From NCBI GenBank assembly GCA_018814465.1, contig JAHIZR010000245.1, positions 1-42,440 on the forward strand: a stretch of DNA of 42,440 bases, given 5' to 3'. Source of the stretch: a bacterium. Lineage in GTDB: Bacteria; Electryoneota; RPQS01. This document shows positions 8,875 to 17,996 of the stretch, one piece after another (the stretch's first letter is position 1; each line of letters starts with the position of its first letter). A model generated the notes under the pieces. That model was given only the letters and a program-made list of their open reading frames with translations, made no database searches and had not been told where the DNA came from. Both the position numbers and the translations under genes were made by a program.

Positions 8875-9651
8875 TTATATCAAAATTGAAAGCACGGAGA
8901 AGCTCACAAAACCAAAGGCAATCAACCAAGAAGAAAACGCGGATATGCTTTGCCTATAGGATGATCTGACGATGACCGGATCATAGCCCCGGGCCTGTAA
9001 GGCAATTGCAGTGCGGTCGGCACGACGGATGGATTGCACCATTAATGGAAAAAGCAGTCTGTTAAGCCTTCGCATCGACCCGATGGAATTGGAGGAGAAT
9101 TTCTCACCTCTGGCCTCTAAGGCGAGATTCAATCGATAGTATTGATTCTGAATGAACGGAACCATTCTCAGGGCTAATGTCGCAGTGAGCTCGACCTTTG
9201 ACAAGAAGTGCTTGCCTATCGGTGACTTCGAGAGTATTCGACCGATTGACCTGCCATATCGTTGCAGATCATGGAGTCGGCTTAGGCAACTTACAACACC
9301 TAAGATCAAGGCAAACCGAGCGGAAAAACGAAGCGCAATCAAACCCTGTTCATAGTTAAGGAAATAAATGAACTTTCCTTCATTTAGTCCCAAATAATGG
9401 CTACTTATGAACCAATGGATTGTGAAAGTTGAGACCAATAAAAGCCAGGCTTTGCCGATATCTGATAGAACCTTAGCCAATCGAACCTTCACCAGCATTA
9501 AGCCGAAAAACCCTACCAATGTCAAAGAACACAGACTCTGCCAAGTTTGTGACAATAAGACACAAATGATATAGGACAGCGCACAGATAAGTACCAAACC
9601 CGGCTCTGGGTCAGTATTGCTGTGATGATATGATAAGGAATCCACCTTCAA
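8875..9651 (-). CDS. ecfT: Energy-coupling-factor transporter transmembrane component (EcfT/CbiQ family)
   Basis: Polytopic membrane protein with the two conserved Ala-Arg-Gly coupling motifs (LALEARG, ALQARGY). The annotated start is a TTG, so the exact start is uncertain. Confidence 0.72.
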   Translation of the reverse strand: MKVDSLSYHHSNTDPEPGLVLICALSYIICVLLSQTWQSLCSLTLVGFFGLMLVKVRLAKVLSDIGKAWLLLVSTFTIHWFISSHYLGLNEGKFIYFLNYEQGLIALRFSARFALILGVVSCLSRLHDLQRYGRSIGRILSKSPIGKHFLSKVELTATLALRMVPFIQNQYYRLNLALEARGEKFSSNSIGSMRRLNRLLFPLMVQSIRRADRTAIALQARGYDPVIVRSSYRQSISAFSSWLIAFGFVSFSVLSILI

Positions 9652-9657
9652 ACTAAT

Positions 9658-9686
9658 AAGATAAGGCGCATTCAGTCGAAAGTCAA
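9658..9686 (-). promoter_or_regulatory. Possible sigma70-type promoter upstream of ecfT-truA
   Basis: On the minus strand: TTGACT (9686-9681), a 17-nt spacer, then TATCTT (9663-9658). The predicted transcription start would fall almost on the annotated TTG start of ecfT, so either the promoter or the start call is off. Confidence 0.3.
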
Positions 9687-9713
9687 ACCGCGAAACCCAG
9701 CCTCAAGGACGGC

Positions 9714-10112
9714 CTATTCAAAGAAGAACTTAGTTTCGCGGATTCCGTTTTCCGGTGAATCTGAACCGTGGACAGCATTATTCTCGATACTGGAGCCAAA
9801 GAGTGCGCGGATTGTACCGTCAGCCGCCTTCTTAGGGTCGGTTGCGCCGATTACTCCACGCCATTTGTCGATCGCACCATCGTGTTCCAACCACCCCACC
9901 ACGACCGGTCCACTGGTCATATAATTGACCAGATCCCTGAAAAAGGGCTTCTCGGTATGAATATCGTAGAAAGACTCGGCTTGCTGGGTTGTGAGGTTCA
10001 AATAGCGAAGTCCTTTTATCGCGAAACCTTCTCTTTCAATCCGTGCGATAATCTCACCGATATGGCGAGCTTTTACCGCATCGGGCTTAATGATCATTAA
10101 CGTTCTTTCCAT
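9714..10112 (-). CDS. ndk: Nucleoside-diphosphate kinase
   Basis: MERTLMIIKPDAV... and the active-site NAVHGSDS. 132 aa. Confidence 0.95.
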   Translation of the reverse strand: MERTLMIIKPDAVKARHIGEIIARIEREGFAIKGLRYLNLTTQQAESFYDIHTEKPFFRDLVNYMTSGPVVVGWLEHDGAIDKWRGVIGATDPKKAADGTIRALFGSSIENNAVHGSDSPENGIRETKFFFE

Positions 10113-10139
10113 AAATAGGCTGTTATTCCTTGTATATTA

Positions 10140-11012
10140 TTATTTTAAAACTTCCTTCATCATCAAGCCGATGTCAGCAGGTGAATCAGCAACCAGAATA
10201 CCCGCGCCGCGCATCGCCTTGATCTTTTCCGGAGCGGTTCCCTTTCCTCCGGCGATAATCGCTCCGGCATGACCCATTCTGCGCCCCGGAGGAGCAGTCT
10301 GACCAGCGATGAATCCGACAACCGGCTTACCAAATTCGGTCTTGATATAGTCGGCGGCTTCCTCTTCAGCGCTTCCACCTATTTCGCCAATCATGACAAC
10401 CGCTTTTGTATCAGGGTCGTTCTTGTAGAGCTTGAGGATATCCGTGAAACTTGATCCATTGACCGCATCGCCGCCGATGCCGATCGCTGTCGTCTGTCCG
10501 AAGCCATTGTCCACTAATTGCTTGACAGCTTCATAGGTCAAGGTACCGCTTCTACTAATCAAACCACAGTTCCCCGGTTTATGAATAGCGGCCGGCATGA
10601 TGCCCATTTTGCCAACTCCCGGCGTGATAACACCAGGGCAGTTGGGACCGACCATGCGGGATTTTGAGTGGTTCAGAGCATCTTTTACGGTCACCATATC
10701 CCGCACGGGAATTCCTTCGGTAATGGTTACTATCAGTTCGATCCCCGCGTCAATTGCCTCTAGAATCGCATCCGCGGCAAAAGGCGGCGGAACGAAAATA
10801 CACGTTGCGTTGGCGCCGGTCTTATCAACCGCATCGCGGACCGTGTTGAAAACAGGAATCTTGTCGTTCCAGAGCTGACCGCCCTTGCCGGGAGTCACTC
10901 CGCCAACGACATTGGTTCTATAGTCAATCATCTGTTGGGTATGGAACGATCCTTCCGAACCGGTAATACCTTGAATGATGATATTGGAATTTTTAGTGAG
11001 TAATATAGCCAT
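10140..11012 (-). CDS. sucD: Succinyl-CoA synthetase alpha subunit
   Basis: [21 protein letters not shown]..., the SRSGTLTYE block and MGHAGAII (phosphohistidine loop). The ATG at 11012 is preferred over the longer ORF start at 11060, which overlaps sucC. Confidence 0.93.
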   Translation of the reverse strand: MAILLTKNSNIIIQGITGSEGSFHTQQMIDYRTNVVGGVTPGKGGQLWNDKIPVFNTVRDAVDKTGANATCIFVPPPFAADAILEAIDAGIELIVTITEGIPVRDMVTVKDALNHSKSRMVGPNCPGVITPGVGKMGIMPAAIHKPGNCGLISRSGTLTYEAVKQLVDNGFGQTTAIGIGGDAVNGSSFTDILKLYKNDPDTKAVVMIGEIGGSAEEEAADYIKTEFGKPVVGFIAGQTAPPGRRMGHAGAIIAGGKGTAPEKIKAMRGAGILVADSPADIGLMMKEVLK

Positions 11013-11043
11013 GAGCTTGTCTTTCAAATGAGGTTTGCATGAA

Positions 11044-12204
11044 CTACTGAATCGCGGCAACTACTTTCTTTGCGGCATCGGAGAAGCCCTGCGCCGAAAT
11101 CAGGCTTAGACCTGATTCATCCAGCAGCTTCGCGGCGATATCCGCATTGTTGCCTTCCAGCCTGACAACGACCGGGACGCTGACTTTGACTTCCTTGGCT
11201 GCCTGAATCACTCCTTCGGCAACACGATCACAGCGCACGATGCCGCCGAAAACATTGACCAGAATCGCCTTGACGTTCTTGTCGGACAGAATAATCCGGA
11301 ATCCGGCGGATACGGTTTCGGCATTCGCCGTGCCGCCGACATCAAGGAAATTGGCCGGTTCACCGCCATGCAGTTTGATGATATCCATCGTGGCCATTGC
11401 CAAGCCGGCGCCATTCACCATACAGCCGATATTGCCGTCCAGTTTGATATAGTTCAGGTCGGATTTCGAAGCTTCAACCTCAGCGGGATCTTCTTCAGAC
11501 AAATCGCGCATCCGGGCGATGTCTTTCTGCCGGAACATGGCATTGTCATCGAAATTGAGCTTGGCATCAAGCGCAATCACCCGACCATCACCCGTTACCA
11601 CCAGCGGATTAATCTCGACCAGACTGGCATCGGTTCTGCGATAGGCGGTATAGAGCGCGGTAAACATCTGAATTCCGCTTTTCAACGCTGCTCCGCTTAA
11701 ACCGAGCGCAAAAGCCAGTCGCCGGGCATGAAACGGTTTGAATCCGGTCGCCGGATCGATAGTAACCTTAATAATCTTTTCGGGAGTTTCCGCGGCGACC
11801 TTCTCGATTTCCATGCCGCCTTCGGTGGAGACCATGAATACGTCCTTGGATTGTGCGCGATCCAGCAGAATGCCGGCGTAAAGCTCGCGCTTTATATCAA
11901 CTCCCTCTTCAATCAACAGCCGCTGCACCTTTTTTCCCGCCGGTCCGGTTTGATGCGTAACAAGCTGCATGCCCAGTATCGCGGATGCTTGCCCCCGCAA
12001 TTCTTGCTCGCTCTTGGCTAATTTAACACCACCGCCCTTGCCTCGCCCGCCCGCGTGAATCTGAGCCTTTACGACGACCGGATAGCCGCCTAAGCTTTTT
12101 CCGAATGCTACCGCCTCGTCTACAGAAAAACAAGCCTGTCCTCTTGGGACAGGGACAGCAAATCTGGCGAGGACTTCCTTTGCTTGATGTTCGTGAATTT
12201 TCAT
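11044..12204 (-). CDS. sucC: Succinyl-CoA synthetase beta subunit
   Basis: [15 protein letters not shown]..., an ATP-grasp region and the GGIVRCD block. The ATG at 12204 is preferred; the maximal ORF begins at 12240. Confidence 0.93.
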   Translation of the reverse strand: MKIHEHQAKEVLARFAVPVPRGQACFSVDEAVAFGKSLGGYPVVVKAQIHAGGRGKGGGVKLAKSEQELRGQASAILGMQLVTHQTGPAGKKVQRLLIEEGVDIKRELYAGILLDRAQSKDVFMVSTEGGMEIEKVAAETPEKIIKVTIDPATGFKPFHARRLAFALGLSGAALKSGIQMFTALYTAYRRTDASLVEINPLVVTGDGRVIALDAKLNFDDNAMFRQKDIARMRDLSEEDPAEVEASKSDLNYIKLDGNIGCMVNGAGLAMATMDIIKLHGGEPANFLDVGGTANAETVSAGFRIILSDKNVKAILVNVFGGIVRCDRVAEGVIQAAKEVKVSVPVVVRLEGNNADIAAKLLDESGLSLISAQGFSDAAKKVVAAIQ

Positions 12205-12249
12205 TTCTCTATCCTGTTCTTTCCTAACGTCAGTCTGCACAACTTATAT

Positions 12250-13212
12250 TCAGATCCCTGATCCGTCAGGAATTATTTCCGTTCCGCTGTTGCCTTCGAG
12301 GCTCTCAATAAACCTGTCCAAAGAACAAATAATCACCCGCTTTCCGCCGCCCTCAATAAAGCTGATCGCCGCCTCAATCTTCGGTCCCATACTGCCGGGC
12401 GGGAAATGCCCCTCCGCATAATAGCGCTTTGTTTCGCTGATTGTAATCCGCTTCAAATCCTGTTGGTTCGGCTTGTTCCAGTTCAAAGAGACATGTTCTG
12501 TATCGGTAAGAATAAACAATTCGCTCGCACCGATGCTGTTGCCCAGAACAGCCGAAGCACGATCCTTGTCAATTACGGCATCGATGCCCTCATACCAGCC
12601 ATCATCCCGACGATAAACCGGTATACCGCCCCCGCCTGCCGCAATCACAACCATCCCGCTCTCGATCAATTGTTTTATGGCTTGTGCATTAATTATTTCA
12701 AGCGGCTGCGGACTCCCGACAACACGCCGCCAGCCATGCTTTCCGTTCTCGCGGACTTGCCATCCTTGGGTCTCGGCTTTGCGACGCGCTTCGGCTTTCG
12801 AATAATATTTCCCGATAAACTTGGTAGGATTCAGAAGCGCTGGATCTTCAGGATCCACTCGTACCTGCGTGACAACCGTAATGACCCCGACATTCACCCC
12901 CTTCTGCGTGCAGACATTCTGCAGACATTGTTCGATCATATAGCCCATCCCGCCCTCGGTATCGGCTACGATTATTCCCAGTGGAAGGTTGGGGGCTTGA
13001 TCTGTGGCCAATTCGACGCGCAGTAAGGCATTGCCGACTTGGGGACCATTGCCATGCGTAATCGCAAGCCGATATCCTCGTCGAATCAGTTCTGAAACGC
13101 CCTGGAGAGCGGTTCGAGTATGGCGAAATTGATTGGGAATAGTGTCGGGTTCACTGGGGCTGGAGATCGCATTTCCTCCCAGCGCGACGACTGCAATCGG
13201 GGTGTTATCCAT
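12250..13212 (-). CDS. arcC: Carbamate kinase
   Basis: 320 aa of the amino-acid-kinase fold. Blocks: IAVVALGGNAI, ITHGNGPQVG, VIAAGGGGIPV and ILTDTEHV. Confidence 0.87.
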   Translation of the reverse strand: MDNTPIAVVALGGNAISSPSEPDTIPNQFRHTRTALQGVSELIRRGYRLAITHGNGPQVGNALLRVELATDQAPNLPLGIIVADTEGGMGYMIEQCLQNVCTQKGVNVGVITVVTQVRVDPEDPALLNPTKFIGKYYSKAEARRKAETQGWQVRENGKHGWRRVVGSPQPLEIINAQAIKQLIESGMVVIAAGGGGIPVYRRDDGWYEGIDAVIDKDRASAVLGNSIGASELFILTDTEHVSLNWNKPNQQDLKRITISETKRYYAEGHFPPGSMGPKIEAAISFIEGGGKRVIICSLDRFIESLEGNSGTEIIPDGSGI

Positions 13213-13269
13213 GAAGGAGCTAAGTCCGAAGAAGTACGATATTTAGTGTCTTAAGCAATTAAAACACAC

Positions 13270-13298
13270 AATATAAGGTAACTGGCCCAAAATGTCAA
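13270..13298 (-). promoter_or_regulatory. Putative sigma70-type promoter upstream of arcC-sucCD-ndk
   Basis: On the minus strand: TTGACA (13298-13293), a 17-nt spacer, then TATATT (13275-13270). The -35 overlaps the ABC-F stop codon. It sits in one of the few AT-rich gaps (82 nt). Confidence 0.45.
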
Positions 13299-15289
13299 GC
13301 AATGGGGTTTTGCCCCTCCAGACGCAGGGTCTTATCGCGTTCTGACTGAAGTTCTTCGAGTTTCTGTGCCGTGTTTTCCCAGCCTTCCAGAAGCCCAGGG
13401 AGTTCAGCCTGAATTCGCTTGTACTCGACTACGGTCTCACGCGATTTCTCGATATCGTTGTAGAAAGTCTCATTTGAAAGCTGAGACTCAATCTCTGCTT
13501 TTCTCGACTCCAGCTTATCGATCGTCGTCTGCAGAGACTCAAGCTTTTCCTGTTCAGTCCGAATCATCTTCGAGAAGCGATTACGGATCTCCGCTTCCAA
13601 CCGCTTTTGTTCCTTGGATTTTCTCGGCCCAACAGTTTTAATCTCGGTCTCCTGTAAAGGAATTCGTTCCGTGATCTCTGTTTGAGGAGTCAGGAGTCCC
13701 TTCTTCTCGATATATCTCGATAGAGTCCCCGGCCAGTCGCGCAGAGCATGATTTTCAAACTCGATTACTCTTTCCACAAGACGATCAAGGAAATAGCGGT
13801 CATGGCTCACGATCAACAGTGTACCGTTATAGTCCCGCAGTGCATCCAACAGTACATCCTGCGAGTTCATATCGAGATGATTCGTCGGCTCATCAAGAAT
13901 CAACAGATTAGACGGATGTAAAAGCATTCGTGCCAGAGCCAGTCGTGATTTCTCTCCTCCGGAGAGCACCGACACTTTCTTGAAAACATCATCGCCGGTG
14001 AACAAGAATGCGCCCAAAAGGCCGCGAAGCTGCGTCTGCGTCAATTCCCGCGAAGCGCTCTCCATTTCCTCCAGAACCGTATTCGCGGGATTCAGATAGA
14101 CATCCGCTTCCTGAGCGAAATAGTCCACCACTACATTATGCCCCAACTTGACATTTCCTTCGGTTGCTTCCTCGATTCCTGCGACCAAACGACAGAAAGT
14201 GGATTTCCCCGCGCCATTCACACCAACGATCGCGATTCGCTCCCCACGCTTTAAAACAAGATTCGCCTCTTTGAAGACTTCCAAATCTCCGTAACGCTTC
14301 GCCACATCCTCCAATTCCAGCACAATCTGTCCGCAAGGCGGCGCGGAGGGAAAACGAATCCGGATTTTCCTGCTCGCCGACTTTATCTCAACCGAGTCCA
14401 GCCGCTCCAGCATTTTAATCCGGCTTTGCGCCTGTTTGGCTTTGCTCTGCTTATACCGAAAACGCTCAACGAACTTTTCAAGGTGCTTTCTCTGCGCCGC
14501 GATCTTTTCCTGCTGCTTTTCGAGATACTCTTCCCTGTTTTCGATTGCTTTCTCATAGTCCTCGTAGTTGCCCGGAAAAATCGTCAGCTCGCCGCGATCC
14601 AACTCCACAATCTGATCGACCGCACGGTTCAAAAAGCTTCTGTCGTGACTAACGATAATCTGCGTACCGCCGAATTTACTGAGGTAATTCTCCAGCCATA
14701 ATAGAGTCTGCAGGTCAAGATGATTTGTCGGTTCGTCGAGCAGTAAAAGATCAGGATCTTTAAGCAGCAGGCGAGCTAAGGCTATTCTCATCTGCCAGCC
14801 GCCAGAGAATTCTTCAACTTGGCGCTGAAAATCGCTACTGCTGAAATTCAATCCGTGCAGAATGGCGGACACGCGCGCTTCCGCGCGATAGCCCTCCAAA
14901 TCCTGCCAACGGTGCTGTAAGACTCCCATTCGTTCAAGCAGTTCCGGATCATCCGGCTTGAGTTCAAGCTCCCGCTGAATAGAGTTGATTTCCAATTCCA
15001 TTGCGGGCAAATCAGGAATTCCGCCCCAAGCTTCTTCAAACAACGAGCGACCCGCATGCGTGACGCTTGTTTGCGGCAGATATCCGATTGTCAGACCGCG
15101 GCTGCGGATGATATCTCCGGAAGACTGCTCGAACTCGCCGATCAGCATCTTCAGCAGAGTCGTTTTACCCGCGCCATTCGGGCCGACAAGTCCGTATTTC
15201 TCGCCGCGAAATATCGACCACGTGACATCCTCGAAGAGCGTTCGTCCCGGGAAGAGAACCGACAGATTTTGCAGTTGAAGCAGTCTCAT
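13295..15289 (-). CDS. ABC-F family ATPase (translation-factor type, Uup/YheS-like) with a C-terminal coiled coil
   Basis: Two ABC cassettes: Walker A GPNGAGKTT and GVNGAGKST, and signatures LSGGWQMRIALARLL and LSGGEKSRLALARML. There is a basic inter-domain linker, no TM domain, and a K/E-rich C-terminal coil. Confidence 0.9.
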   Translation of the reverse strand: MRLLQLQNLSVLFPGRTLFEDVTWSIFRGEKYGLVGPNGAGKTTLLKMLIGEFEQSSGDIIRSRGLTIGYLPQTSVTHAGRSLFEEAWGGIPDLPAMELEINSIQRELELKPDDPELLERMGVLQHRWQDLEGYRAEARVSAILHGLNFSSSDFQRQVEEFSGGWQMRIALARLLLKDPDLLLLDEPTNHLDLQTLLWLENYLSKFGGTQIIVSHDRSFLNRAVDQIVELDRGELTIFPGNYEDYEKAIENREEYLEKQQEKIAAQRKHLEKFVERFRYKQSKAKQAQSRIKMLERLDSVEIKSASRKIRIRFPSAPPCGQIVLELEDVAKRYGDLEVFKEANLVLKRGERIAIVGVNGAGKSTFCRLVAGIEEATEGNVKLGHNVVVDYFAQEADVYLNPANTVLEEMESASRELTQTQLRGLLGAFLFTGDDVFKKVSVLSGGEKSRLALARMLLHPSNLLILDEPTNHLDMNSQDVLLDALRDYNGTLLIVSHDRYFLDRLVERVIEFENHALRDWPGTLSRYIEKKGLLTPQTEITERIPLQETEIKTVGPRKSKEQKRLEAEIRNRFSKMIRTEQEKLESLQTTIDKLESRKAEIESQLSNETFYNDIEKSRETVVEYKRIQAELPGLLEGWENTAQKLEELQSERDKTLRLEGQNPIA

Positions 15290-17001
15290 GACGGTCTCGC
15301 CAGCGCCACGACACGCCGGTCCGATTGAATGCGATTTCCGCCTTGCCCCAATGCTTCAAGATAAATGATATACATTCCTGTCGGCAATTCACGCCCTGAA
15401 TCACTCTTTCCATCCCAGAGAATTTCGCCTTGAAATCCGGCAGGCATATTATTGCTTAAAAACCGAACCTGCCGTCCTCGTACATCGAAGATCTTGATGT
15501 CGAGCCGCGAATCCGCCTCATCCAAATGATAGCGAATTGAGAGTACATCTTCTCTGCCATCACCATCCGGTGAAAAGGGATTCGGCTCTAATTCAATAAG
15601 CTTATCCCCCGCTGCGGCTGCAATCAAAGCGCGGGAATTCAATCGCCCGGGAGTCGCGCCACTCGCGTCGAGAGAAGATGCCCAATTCAGAGGATCATTC
15701 GAAGACGAGAGAACAGAAACTCGTTCCAGTGACAAACCGGCTGTCCCGCTGCCCCAGTTTGTGCGGTAGTCAACTCTGTCGATTGTCTGCCCCTGCGCAT
15801 CAAACAATACGAGCGAGTCGCCGGCATTGTTCAATGAAGGATAGCTCGAATTCCAGATATGGACCGGAGTTCCCTCCGTAATATTCTCAATAAAGACCGA
15901 ACTGTCGGCGGCAAGCAGCATATAGCTATTCGAATCCATGATAGTTGACTGAATCGGGAAGCGCTTGCTTGAATCAGCCAATCCTGAACCATCAGAGAAA
16001 AACCAGCCATCCAGAACGATTGATGCGGGGCTGCAATTGTAGAGTTCGATCCACTCACTCCGACCGGCGAGCGGCTGAAACATGATCTCGTTGATTACAA
16101 TGCTGCCCGCACCGGCGGAAGCTCCTACCGTCAAAAAGGCCGTATTGTTTTCAGATATATCATCGCTTGTTTTCAAACTTGCCCGATAGTATCCTGCTGA
16201 CTGCTCACCCATATGCAGCGAAGAAGTAAAGACTGCTGAATCTCCATACGAAAGCAGCGGTGACAGCCATGAGGCCAGAGCAGTGCCAAGCGAGTCGTAC
16301 TGGTTCGTCATTTCAAACAGAAATAGTGAATCACTTGCGGGATTCAAACCATGATTCGCGACCGTAATCGAGATCGTGAACTCCTCATTCGGATTCGGGT
16401 GTTGAGGGCTTGCTTCTATTTGCTCGATTGCAAGATCGTAATCCGGCGGAGTAATACTGTTGCGAGCACCCGGAGTGCCATGAATCGACAATGACTGTCC
16501 CCAGTTCTCAGCTGAATCGCCCCCGTTCATGAGATATTTTTCAGTCGAATGCCCCGCTGAAGTCTCAATATCATACGAATGCATTGCGACAACATTGCCG
16601 TTCGACTGCATGATGCTGACGGTCTCGGAGCTGCTGTTTGATAAACCTCTGCTGCCGAAAGTCGAACCGATTATTGTGATGACAAGAGCTGACTCGGGGA
16701 TCAGGGCGTCATAGGTTATGCTTTCATCTTCGAAGTAGTCAGGATCGAGAATCAGTATGTACTGTCGCGGTCCTGCCGTCAGACCCATCTCAAGTCCGGT
16801 CAGAGTGTCCGTACCCTCTCCATCGGATAATGTCCAACCGGTTAGGTTGACGGGAAGAGAGGATTCATTATATAGCTCAATGAATTCATCGCTTCCCTCC
16901 TCTCCCTCGGGATTGAACATGATCTCGCTAAGAACAACCGCTTGGGAGTTCGTGCAAACGGCTAAGGTAAAGATGATGAAATAGAGATTAGTGAAACGCA
17001 T
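15286..17001 (-). CDS. Secreted protein with two lamin-tail (LTD) domains, a CARDB-like middle region and a FlgD-Ig/T9SS-like C-terminal domain
   Basis: Signal peptide MRFTNLYFIIFTLAVCTNSQA. LTD-like blocks SEIMFNPEGEEGSDEFIELYN...GWTLSD and NEIMFQPLAGRSEWIELYN...GWFFSD. C-terminus NPFSPDGDGREDVL...IKIFDVRGRQV...WDGKSDSGRELPTGMYIIYL. The ATG at 17001 is preferred over the TTG at 17007. Confidence 0.7.
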   Translation of the reverse strand: MRFTNLYFIIFTLAVCTNSQAVVLSEIMFNPEGEEGSDEFIELYNESSLPVNLTGWTLSDGEGTDTLTGLEMGLTAGPRQYILILDPDYFEDESITYDALIPESALVITIIGSTFGSRGLSNSSSETVSIMQSNGNVVAMHSYDIETSAGHSTEKYLMNGGDSAENWGQSLSIHGTPGARNSITPPDYDLAIEQIEASPQHPNPNEEFTISITVANHGLNPASDSLFLFEMTNQYDSLGTALASWLSPLLSYGDSAVFTSSLHMGEQSAGYYRASLKTSDDISENNTAFLTVGASAGAGSIVINEIMFQPLAGRSEWIELYNCSPASIVLDGWFFSDGSGLADSSKRFPIQSTIMDSNSYMLLAADSSVFIENITEGTPVHIWNSSYPSLNNAGDSLVLFDAQGQTIDRVDYRTNWGSGTAGLSLERVSVLSSSNDPLNWASSLDASGATPGRLNSRALIAAAAGDKLIELEPNPFSPDGDGREDVLSIRYHLDEADSRLDIKIFDVRGRQVRFLSNNMPAGFQGEILWDGKSDSGRELPTGMYIIYLEALGQGGNRIQSDRRVVALARPS

Positions 17002-17374
17002 TTTCAATGTGTTTTAGTTGGATTTTATTCTCCCACCAGACTCCGATAACGTCGAATCGGATCGGATATGTAAGCTTTCCGGCCTTGATATATAGTTGCG
17101 CAAGCCGCTTGAGTTTGTGCTGTTTCTTCGCATTAACTCGCAATTCGGGAGGAACGGAACCGAGCTTTTTACTCGTCTTGACCTCGATAATAACCAGAAC
17201 TCCATCTTTGAGCGCCACGATATCTATTTCCCCGATTTTCGTTCTCCAGTTTCTTGCAAGCACTTTAAATGAATGCTGCCTGACAAATTCACAGGCTGCG
17301 TCCTCTCCCTTTCTACCGATGTCCTCCTCGACTTTTGGCTTTTTTTCACCGAAGAATGATCTAAATATATTCAC
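16988..17374 (-). CDS. yraN: YraN-family (UPF0102) endonuclease-like protein
   Basis: GEDAACEFVRQHSFKVLARNWRTKIGEIDIVALKDGVLVIIEVKT is the characteristic YraN core. The GTG at 17374 gives about 128 aa. The maximal ORF (to 17497) lies deep inside rnhB. Confidence 0.75.
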   Translation of the reverse strand: MNIFRSFFGEKKPKVEEDIGRKGEDAACEFVRQHSFKVLARNWRTKIGEIDIVALKDGVLVIIEVKTSKKLGSVPPELRVNAKKQHKLKRLAQLYIKAGKLTYPIRFDVIGVWWENKIQLKHIENAFH

Positions 17375-17996
17375 GCACACCGCGGAAACTCCTTCTATGA
17401 ATCGGGCAAGGTCCAAGTGCTTGAATAGCCCTTCGATGCGCCGGTGTCGGATAACCATAATGGCGGCTAAAACCATAGTCCGGGTATCGCAAGTCATATT
17501 CCGTCATAATGTGATCGCGAGTAACCTTTGCAAGAATGGAAGCCGCCGATATCACGGACACTCGCGCATCACCTTTTATAATCGGCAATGATGCAATGTC
17601 GATGGGGACAGGATCTCTGCCGTCAACCAAAATAATTTCAGGGCGCATCTTCAAGCTCACAATCGCTCTTCGCATCGCTTCTAAAGAAGCTTGGCGGATA
17701 TTCATTTCTTCAATCTCCCGCGGCGAGCATTGACCGATTCCGCAGACGAATTCACAGGAAATATCAATACATAGTTTCTCGCGATACTTCCTCGAGATTT
17801 GCTTTGAATCTCTGCAGTTCCAAATTGTAGGACAGTCCTTGAAGAGCACTGCTGCTGCAACCACAGGCCCAGCGAGCGGTCCTCGTCCGGCTTCATCGAC
17901 ACCGCAAATCGCGGAGTAGCCCTCTTGCACTAAGCGCAATTCAAAATACTCATCTCGCTCTGCTGCTGAAAGCCGCTGTTGTTTTTCCTTATCCAT
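17361..17996 (-). CDS. rnhB: Ribonuclease HII
   Basis: ICGVDEAGRGPLAGPVVAAAV (DEAGRG motif), LVDG, and the SIISAASILAKVTRD-type block. The ATG at 17996 overlaps the comEC stop by 8 nt. The maximal ORF reaches 18077. Confidence 0.9.
   Translation of the reverse strand: MDKEKQQRLSAAERDEYFELRLVQEGYSAICGVDEAGRGPLAGPVVAAAVLFKDCPTIWNCRDSKQISRKYREKLCIDISCEFVCGIGQCSPREIEEMNIRQASLEAMRRAIVSLKMRPEIILVDGRDPVPIDIASLPIIKGDARVSVISAASILAKVTRDHIMTEYDLRYPDYGFSRHYGYPTPAHRRAIQALGPCPIHRRSFRGVREYI

Noticed and set aside
12406-13026. Long plus-strand ORFs antisense to well-supported genes: 206 aa opposite arcC here, and also 26055-26675 opposite guaB, 29876-30517 opposite the M20 peptidase, 17007-17591 opposite yraN/rnhB and 40512-41015 opposite the propeller gene.
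   Set aside because: Their translations are low-complexity, R/S/P-rich and motif-free. Each lies entirely inside a minus-strand gene with a strong family signature. They behave like frame shadows caused by codon bias, not like genes.
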